Shown piece after piece: positions 54,210 to 64,000 of a stretch of 64,000 bases of DNA. Both the position numbers and the translations under genes were made by a program. Source of the stretch: Ptychomitrium polyphyllum (taxonomy: Eukaryota); NCBI GenBank assembly GCA_973851085.1, contig OZ316776.1, positions 9,858,001-9,922,000 on the forward strand, written 5' to 3'. Numbering within the stretch: position 1 is the first letter of the stretch; each line of letters opens with the position of its first letter. The notes under the pieces were generated by a model, which made no database searches, had not been told where the DNA came from, and worked only from the letters and a program-made list of their open reading frames with translations.

Positions 54210-57200
54210 CCCCCGTTTGAGATTGACATGCCAGCATTTATGCCGAGGGGTAGTGTGTTCGTAAAAACCAAACAACAGAGGTGTAAATGCGAAGAAGATT
54301 AATACGAGGTTTAGGTTGTTCATTAGGGGTTTGATCCTTTAGTTTCATTGATTCACGCATCGGCAGTAATTACTAGCTAAATAACAGCGGAATGGGATGG
54401 GCCTCCAATCTTCTGCGCAGTTTGAGTTGAATTCTTGAAAAGTGGTGGTGGTGGGGGGAAGCTGGGGTGGTAGGTTGGATGTGTGGATGAGATAAAGTTG
54501 CTGCATTGCAACGTTGTATTCACCATCATGTTGGGCCTGCAGGATCTGGATGAGTCTTCAGAGCTGCGAGTTTCTTGAGAGAGGTCGTCGGTGAAGCCTA
54601 CCTGCCGACCGACAGACAGAGTTACAGACAGACAGGCAGTGAGTGAGTGGCTGAAGTACTATTTTGCGGCTTCATCTTCTACTTTCTTCCCCTTTGAATA
54701 CCTGATTATTATGGGATCTCATGTGGTAGAGACAAGTTTCTTGAGAGCCCCGATGATCAATTACCACCGTCCTGCAGCGGCATCCTTGTTATTCCAGGGA
54801 GAATATTACAACCTTGGTTGCCACGCTGCATTAACACACCCTCTGGTTGGGTTAGATTGGGTTGGGTTGCGTCATACCTCGACTAACCAACCGAAGCGGC
54901 CTGAGCTGGGTCTTCCGACCCAAATTTTGAGCACATATCTGTGCAAGTGCTGCTTGCACTCACCCTTTCCACTTCCGCGCTGTGCCATTAGTTCATCATG
55001 TCTTTTCTACCTGCAGGCAGCTTCTTCCCACTTTTGTTGATCCCATTCCTACCTCAGCCGGCAGTTGGGTTGTTATGACATGACATGACACCCATGCTCC
55101 CTTCTCCTCCCCGAAGTGGCAGATTTCCAGCTCAGATGTTGTTGGAGTGGACGTCAACCGCAGTTGGACTTCGTGGCCCGGTGTTGCTTCACTCAAGCTT
55201 CTTCCTGCGCAAGTTGTGATCACCACCTTGAGTCCTAACCCCCCGGCCGAGTCACTTTACTCATCTGTACTCATATGACTGCTTTTGGACAAGATTGATT
55301 TCTAAGCATGCAGACTCTTTTATCACCGCCCTGCCCTCTTTTGTGTAGAGGCAGAGCTCCCAGTGTTGAGTTTTCCACTTGCTTGCCCTCGCTGCTGGCG
55401 CACATTGGATGTTTCATCATGTGGACCTTACCAGCCTTGAGTGTGTGCACATATTTATAAATCTCTCACTGAAATTTTGTCTACCGGATCAAACGACCCC
55501 TTGTCAACCGTCTTAAATGATTGTGAATGTACTGTCAATTCTTTTCCTCTGGATCTGTCTGCATTAAGTTTAATTATCTGATTAGGAGTTGTAATCCTGC
55601 CATGCCAGGACCTGAATGCACTCAGTGAGGAGTCCTTGTGATTCTCAGGATTAGGAGTTGGTGCTAGTGCTGCTTCTGCAGAAACCATTAACACTAGTAC
55701 AGACGAATATGATAAGTGTTGGTTTGCACAGATTTGTTCAGGTCGAATCTACTAAAGTGTCAAGTACTTCGTGATGGTTCTTTAGTCACCGTCACACATG
55801 CTGGTGCTGGTGCTGCTCAGGCTGTGGTTTCTTCTACACGAAGGGATGTCTGTTGCGTTGAAAAGTCTTACTTTTTGTACGCACCGATCAAGTTCATCAG
55901 TAGTACTGCCCTGCACAACCAGGCAGGCTCGATCAACAGTGTACAAGGAATTCGTGGGGCCCAAGTCTGTGTCTTGCTTTTTGAGCGTACAAAGCATTAT
56001 TCATGAATACAATTGTGAATGTCTGCATCTAGACCCCATCAATGTGGGAGTCACTGGGTTCATTCTCCTGCACTTCACCGACGCGAATATCTCGCCACCA
56101 AAGATGAGCTTTTCGCTCCCGAATGTTGAGAGCAGCAGCCTCCATGACAGGGCAGCAGCGATCCTCGGCACAGTGAGCAGCTTGTTAGGACAATGCCGCC
56201 TGAAACCTGGGTAGTCAGGGACAGGCCCCTTGTAAATAATAGGCCGGAACTTCCTAGCATTGGTGTCAGTGGCGCTTGATCGACGGATGAACAGGTTGTG
56301 GTGCCAACAATGCCAATTGTTTACCTGAATCTAAGATTCCTCTGCCACAATATTTGCTACAGTGCGCTTTGAGTCAGGTCCCAGCTGGTCATTGGTACGT
56401 AAGAATTCTCTTACGACTAGTGTTATCGCGACTCACTGCCTTTGTCGTGCCTGCTGTCAGACCAAAGACCATGTTGATCATGCTAACACTGCCATCCAAT
56501 TCAAATCAATTACCATCTCTTTGATCGAAGCTCATTTCCTGCCAAGCTCTCTAAGCATGTGGCTCCTGGCATACACCCCTGTTTCTAAACAAGATTTTAC
56601 TGACTTAATCCAACTAATGAGTCGCTAATCACCTGCTTAAAGTTGGATATGGGGAGCTGAAGGTAGGAGGGCTTCTGTTGCAGCTAGTGAGACACAAGTG
56701 CGTCAATAATTGAGGATCTTGAATGCAGATGAATCTGGCGCATGACGTGACGTTGAAAGGAGCCAAATCCAAGGTGTAAGACTATTTAAGTGTGTTGATG
56801 CATTCACGTGCTAGGGGGGCTAAGCAGCCGCGTGCAAGTACCAGAAGTAATCTTGAGATGGGCGTCAAGCAGACGGTGAAGTTTATGACGCCTCTGCAGG
56901 GCTAGTTGGGTGAGGAGTAGGCTGCCGCGACTGCAGCAATTGTATTGTTAATTCAAAGCCGCACTCAAGTGCCCATGTACGCACCAACGCTGCTATGGCC
57001 TGCCACAGTGGTTGCTGCTGCAGCAGCCCAAGTGTGAGAACTGACGTTGCTGTGCACGTTACGATACTCCCCCTGGTGCCCCTCATAATGCTGCCAGCAC
57101 TCGACTTGATCGATGTTAATTATGTTGCTGTAATTAATCCCCTCCAGGGGGTTCATTTATGGCCCTCGCCCCTCAGTTTACCCCTGCTCCCAGCTCTATG

Positions 57201-60200
57201 TTGCTTTTATTTACCAAAGGGATGCATAATTTCTAAATTACAAAATAATACATCTCCATATATATAAGCGCAATTTTGCTCATTATATGATACTGGATGC
57301 ACTGATGCGATGATACGAGAAATGCTTGTATTTGCACATAGTGCAAAAGACTCAATTTTGTTAACACTTCATTTCAACAAATTAAAAGTTACTGTATATT
57401 TCAACTCATCTTAAAGTACTTTATTTGGATACTATCTGAAGTTTTTATATGGACACAAAGTGCAGTTGGTAAATGAGCCTTAAACACCATGACGTTGGAG
57501 TATGTATGAATTGCATGCAGAAGATGTTTCATTTATGACAACTTTGGGATTGTCATTCTTCTTTTGTAAATCAAGCTTCAAAGTAAAATATGACGATTTT
57601 GCTTTTGGGAGCCTTTATCTTATAATGCAGCTTCTAACTAGTTGTAGATTGTCATTAGTTGGATTAATTGATATGAAGAAGGAAATTAAAGAGAAGGAAT
57701 TAAAGAGAAAAAAACATGGATTGAATATACGCTTGATGTATGATGGTTATTAAATGGAATTTGAATGATTATGCATTTATAAATTTGTGATCAATAGTTG
57801 TTGTTTCGGTATATGAGTGCTTTTTGACCTTCTGCCAAAACACCTTCTTAGTTCTTGTATGAAAAATATATTTTTAGTTTCATTGGACTTCAAAACTTAT
57901 TTCCTATCCACTAAAGATTATTAAAAAATTATACAATGTTTGCAAAAGGAAGCATTCCTTATTGTAGTGGAATGTTGTAATGCCCAGTTGCACCTTAGAC
58001 TCTAAACTCCTGTGTATTTCACTGATCACAGAAGAGAAGAGGATAATTTAGATTGGAATAATCCATGCTAGCAAATTGCAATGTGGTTCTGACTATTGAT
58101 TGTGGTACTTGATACAAGCTTGTAACCATCTTACAGTGATTACCAAGTGAATAATGCTTACAACCTTCTTACATACACATGCACTCTGATTTCAGCATTT
58201 ACCCTTACATCCAAATTGGATTGCTGGGAACATTTAGTTACTGCTGGAAGGAAGTTAGAGGAGGGCATTGAGTCCATCAAAGAATTTATTGGGCTTTTAG
58301 CTAAGCATACATATTAAACATGTTAGACTACTTTCTTGAATGCATAGCACATACAGTGTATGATCTTAGAAAAGGAACATACTATTATTTGTCTTACAGT
58401 TATTATTTGATTACTGTTTTTATTTAAAATTGTTATATTATATTATCAAGATTTTTAAAATTTAAAATTTAAAATTTCTAACACAAGTGAAAAGTTTTGT
58501 TTATCCGATGTGATGAACTAGAAAACAAACCCTTCACCAACTTAAGAAATTTTTATAAATGTATTTATGACATCAACTTGCTTTGCAAATTGATTGCATA
58601 ACAAACAATAAGACTAAAGAATGAATGTTTTTAGATTTTGTAAGGATGGGATTTTTGCAAATTCTTTACACAACACAATTTAGCAAGCCCAAAGACAGCA
58701 ATATGGCAATTTTAACCACCACAACATTTCTAAAGGTGAAAAGATTTTAGCTACATTTAAGGGAGATTAATTTCCAATTAGTTTAGTCAAGTTTTCTAAG
58801 TGCTAATTAAAATTTTGGACATATTTGATTTTGGTTTTATGGAATAATAATGACTTGGGAGGCATTAAAATGAACATGGCAAGACACCATTCATTAAAAG
58901 AATAAAGTGTGAGGTAAGCAATGAAATAACATGATGGAGAGGGTAAATACAAATGTACTATTAATGCCTAAGTCTTTGTGCCATAAAATTTTGGACTATG
59001 GTAGTGGCATCAATTTATTAAAGACAATTGAAGGTGAAGAATTGCTCCATGTTTAGACAAAGAAATGTAATATTTTCTTGGTCAAAAAAGGCATCTTTAA
59101 TTTGTAATGTGAAGATGAAGGTAACATATTGTTAATTGTGTTATTTGAAAAATCATATAATAATTGCCGATCTCATAAGGAAAAAATAACTACAACATTA
59201 GCTAGCAGCATGCATAATAATTGTCAATAGCAATATGTGTTGAAACTGTTTCTTTTAATATGGATATGGAACAGGAGCTTTGTAGTCTAAGCTCTATCTT
59301 TTTGCATACAATAAAACTTAAAAATAACAAAAAATATATTTTTTCTTATTACTTATAAAATTCTGACGTAAACATTTGTATACTAAGGATGGATATTAAG
59401 ATTTGATTCTTATAACTAATTAAGGCTTAAGCTTCCAATATAAAACTCTTTCATCAATTTAATGCACAAGTATAAGCCATTTAAAGTGCATTTAGCATTC
59501 CAACCTTGAATTTGATATGTGCTTAATTTTAAGAATCAAAGTAGACAAGATTCCAAAAATATGTGTGGTTTTATTTTTGAAATGGAATTATTTAATAGGA
59601 ATAATATTAAGGTCTTTTGAATAGAAGAAGAAGATATATGTATATATCAATTACAAACATGCTATGATCTTGTGTCATACTTATTATTAGAATATAAGGT
59701 GGAAATATGTTTGAAATTAAAGAATAAAGTAATTAAAATATATCAACAAAGTAATTTAATACTTGCAATTCAAATTACAAAATTATTCATAAGATGAAAT
59801 TGGTAATTATTCCAATTAAATATTGAAATTGAAAAAATCCAAGAAGATTGTTAGAATTTAATCCATATTATAAAAAAATATAATAAAAAACACAAGCTTG
59901 AATTACTTATTCAAGTGGAAGGACAAAGTTAGACAAGTACAAATTTGAGATAGTGAAAAGACTCAATATAAATTGAAAGAATAGATATCTTTAAATCAAA
60001 GCTCAAGTACAAAATAGTTTCCATTCTAAGAGGTTTTTTTGCTCAACATGGCAATAAAATATTAAAGACATGCCACAATAAGTGAATGATGTAGTGGTGG
60101 AAGAATAAAAAAATATAACAGAAAGATTAAGAAATTTACGCTTAGTGGGCGTATTTATAGTATAAGCATGTAAAGAATGTTGTCACAATGTGATAGATTT

Positions 60201-63154
60201 TGAAGCTTTTTAGATTTTAGATTTCATTATTATAATGTTGTATAAGATTCTTTTATGTAATTATGAAGATAAGATTAAAATAAAAATATTAATCCATAAA
60301 AGTTTAGTGAATAAAAAATACTTAAGTTTGAGTTGTTATAATTGATTATACATGAAAAATTTAATACAATGATTTTGAAAGTTGAAGTCGAGTTTTAAAA
60401 TTATTATTTTTTGATTTGGGAATTTTAATTTTATTGTCAAATCATATTATACCTCAAAGACAACATTTTGATTAATTTTTTATCCAAAATAGTTTAGAAG
60501 TATATTTAATTAGATATTATGCAACCAAAACCTTAGGATAGTCATAATTCAAATTTTATGCATGTTTTATTTTGATATGTTTATATTTTTGGATTTATGA
60601 AATTGAACTTAATTCATTGCATTGTAATATAAAAAATTAACTTTTATCACATAGAATTTTTTATGTTGTTATTGCATTTAATTGAAAAGTTTCCAAAATG
60701 AGCTTAGATTAAATAAATATATTAGAACATATTGTTATTAAATAAGAAGTAAGATTGGATTGGAAACCATTGCCTAGTTTTTGTTCATCATATATCCTAC
60801 CACATTCATTACATCATCAACTTTTTTAATTTCAAGTTCAATTAATAGATCATATAGTATCATAAAAACATTTTAATATAAATCAACAAGCACCAAATTC
60901 TTTGGTGCAATAAAATCAAAGAAGATGTTTTGATTTCCTATTAAATACAAAAAAGAAGAAGTTGAAGCTATATTCGTGTGCCAATCTAATTAAAAGGATT
61001 CAAGATGTGGTGGTAAAGAAGTTGGAGTATAAAATAGTAGTTTTAATATACCATGGATTTTGAGGTTTATTTCAAATATTAATTAAAAAAATCGAAATAA
61101 AAAGGTGGATTTAATTTTTAACATTATTTTGCCAAAATAATTAGGAATTGTTAGTCAATAGAATAGGTTCCAAAAATTAGTATAAAAAAATGATAAGATA
61201 TAAGAAGATTTAAAGAAGATAAAAACATTCAAAGATGAGGGAAGAAGGGATTTACAAACCACCCATTCTACTTGCTAAGATCCTCCTAATGGTACTTAAA
61301 TGATGAATTCAAATATTAAATCTTGGTTTGAAGAAAATGTTTCTATCCATTTCCTAATGTCTTTTATATGTTGAATTCTTTCCAGCAAACTAGCTTGGTA
61401 AGTTTGTTGGTTCCAATAATTGTTTTCCATAATCTATATTATATCATAGAAAAACCAAACTGCTAGCCAATTTATCTAGTTATGTAAAATGAATCACCAT
61501 TCAATATGTCCTTTATGGCCTTGATTATAATTTAATGTAGAAAAATGGCTTATATTTATAAAAATAGAATTTAAGGTAAAAAATAAATACCACTAGAAGC
61601 TTTCATTTAGCATTTGAATTTTGATTGTTTCAAGCTTACTTTTCAATGTCTTCCATTAACTTGCTATTTTTTTTCTAAAAGTTAGATTATTGCTTACTCT
61701 AATATTGATGCCTATTTAAAAATTTCACGATTTAAAAATCATGTGCCTTGACTATAGAATTAAGTAGCCACTAAGATAGAATATGAATAGGATGTAGAAG
61801 TATGATTGCCTACTCTAATATATTTTTATGACCTATTTAGTTATGAGGGTTATGAGTGCATTTAAAAGATTGATGAAGTTGATTCCACCTTCTAACTTAG
61901 ATTATTGACATTGAATCTAAGCCACTTCCATCTTTGTCCACTTTTCTTTTTTCAAATTGAAAACTTTTTTGCACTTATTATTCTTTACTTTTTATAAAAT
62001 TTGAGCTTATTATTCATTTCATCAATCAAAAAAGTGTAAAAGAAGACAATCTAAAAACAATACCTAAAAACTTTCAATTTCTTCAATTACTCTCTATAAG
62101 ATACCAAGATAATTTGTTCCATTGATTCCTTTCCATGATAGTTTCACATTAGGATTATCAAAGTTTTTATAAGTCTCACTTTTGTTTTTTTTTGTATGTT
62201 TTGACTATATGTAAGAGTAATTGCATTTAGCATGTAATATCAATTTGTTTATTTTGAAAATAACATACAAAAGATGTATTATGTCATGTCAAATATATTA
62301 ATCTTGGCACATAGTAAGAATAAACAAAAAAACATTGTAAAAACATATCTTGTTAAATTTTTATTGGCCTACCAATTATTATATCATATTCTCTATTTTG
62401 AACGATCTTTTAAGCTTTTAAATTCAATATAGATGTTTTGATAGTAATGAATTTTTAAAGTATAAAAATTAAATAATAACTTTATCTTTGAATACAAATA
62501 TGTTGACTATGCATTGAGGTGTAAATTGTTGAAGAATAATTGTCAACATCAACTACCACATAATTCCAATTCCTTTGTAACACAAAATATTCTTAATTGT
62601 TATGTATATCTAAAATTACAAACTCTACATCTATAATTCCATAATTTTACATAAATTCCATAACACTTCATAAATTCCACAATACTTTTTTTTTATAAAA
62701 TACAAGGTTGGCAAATGATTCTCAAGTCCTTGTGCATTTGGCCAAAACCTCCTTATATTGGAAAACTCATGAAGAGTTTTCCAATACTATTCCCATTATT
62801 CTATTATATTTTTAATACAAAGTCATGTAAACTTATTTTAAGATTTGTCACTGAGTGGATTTTAACTTCCTTGCCTACTATAAGTTAAGGCTTTTATACA
62901 AGCATCTTCAAAGCTACAAGTATCTTTGCAGCAACAAGTAAATTCAACTTTATGTTGTCTTATATTAGATGAATTAAGTTAGCTCATTAATTCAAGTGGC
63001 TCAAAGATGGTTCATTTGTTTGGGTCCTTCAAAAATTAATAACTCATATGTTCTCGAGCTAACACTCATATATTTTAGTGCTAACATATCCCTAGACTTA
63101 ATCTAAATTCCGCCCTTGGAATTAGAAAGATTGCGCATGAATACTTCATGATCA

Positions 63155-64000
63155 ACATAGACCTTCTTCAAATTGTCATGATTCATCTTTTTTGAATAAG
63201 GAAAACCATCTAAATTTCTCAAATTTTATGTGCTATTAACTTCAAATACCTTAATGATTTGATATGGATCAAATCTTTTATGGCAAAAGCTTCTTATAAG
63301 TTTGATTGAAATGCTTTGAATCATAAACCATCACCAAATCTCTTTTATGAAAAATCTTGGCTTATTTTTGAATTTGTTTATTCCAAGCCTTCTTCATTTT
63401 GGCTTGAGCAACTTCAATAGCTTGTAGTTCTCATAATTGCAATTCATCAAGCTCATTTAACTGGACCAACCATTTTTTTTTAGATTTGTCCAAATCCATC
63501 CTCAACTGTATCGTTGTTTGCAAGGTCATAATTTCAAAATCAATTGGTAATACTGCCTCCAATCCATAAGCCAATGTAAATGATGAATGCCCAATTGCAG
63601 TCTTGAATGTGACATTATAAACCCACATTGTATGATGTGTCTTTAAATCCCAATCATAAACGTCCACCCTTGTTTCAACCTTTTTTGCAAGTATAGAACA
63701 CAATGTCTTGTTGTTTTTCTCAATAGTTCCATTAGAACTTGGCTTATATGTTGTTGTAAAGCGATGCTTAATATCTAAATATTCCACCATATTTTTCACT
63801 ACATTGCTTATAAATTGAGGTCCTTGATTAGAGTACGATTTCAATGGTACTCCAAAATGTATAGCAATTCTTTCTTATATAAACCTTGCAACTTATTTCT
63901 TAACTAAAGTTTTGAATATTTGCACCTGTGCAAATTTAATCAAATAATCTATTGCAACAACAATGAATCAAACTCTTTGTTTTGTAAATAACAAAAATTC
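63155..64000 (-). mobile_element. Ty3/Gypsy LTR retrotransposon integrase (rve plus GPY/F C-terminal region), pseudogenised, continues beyond the window
   Basis: Minus strand VAIDYLIKFAQV..., SNQGPQF...HRFTTTYKPSSNGTIEKNNKTL...WVYNVTFKTAIGHSSFTLAYGLEAVLP, then DPYQIIKVF...LDGFPYSKKMNHDNLKKVY; interrupted by stops/frameshifts. Confidence 0.93.

Noticed and set aside
54591..56214. 149-aa (54591-55040) and 138-aa (55798-56214) ORFs downstream of GRF
   Set aside because: GTG start for the first, no recognisable domains, composition typical of non-coding sequence
62500..63120. Expected 3' LTR of the terminal Gypsy element (minus-strand TATAAGG near 62755, short CATAAATTCCA repeats)
   Set aside because: No clear polypurine tract or TG..CA boundaries; partner LTR is outside the window

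Overview
AT-rich eukaryotic (land plant, probably bryophyte/moss-like) genomic DNA with a 100-N scaffold gap at 5419-5518. The only intact protein-coding gene I can support is a four-exon Growth-Regulating Factor (GRF) transcription factor on the + strand (50960-54209, 774 aa). It has QLQ, WRC, FFD, TQL and GGPL motifs and canonical GT-AG introns with consistent phases, but its miR396 target site is degenerate. The gene lies in a CpG-retaining, GC-rich domain (~48.9-57.3 kb). Upstream is a ~49 kb gene desert of heavily decayed, CG- and CHG-poor transposon debris, punctuated every ~2-5 kb by GC-richer islands. Several islands read as very old L1-type LINE relics and a few retain CpG. A Ty3/Gypsy integrase pseudogene runs off the right end on the - strand. 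An LTR-like segment with a 7x31-bp palindromic array in front of a TATA box lies at ~3.0-3.75 kb. Nearly all short ORFs in the supplied track are spurious. TE relic calls were made by eye from decayed motifs and are low to moderate confidence. I found no convincing novel multi-gene system; the best leads are regulatory.
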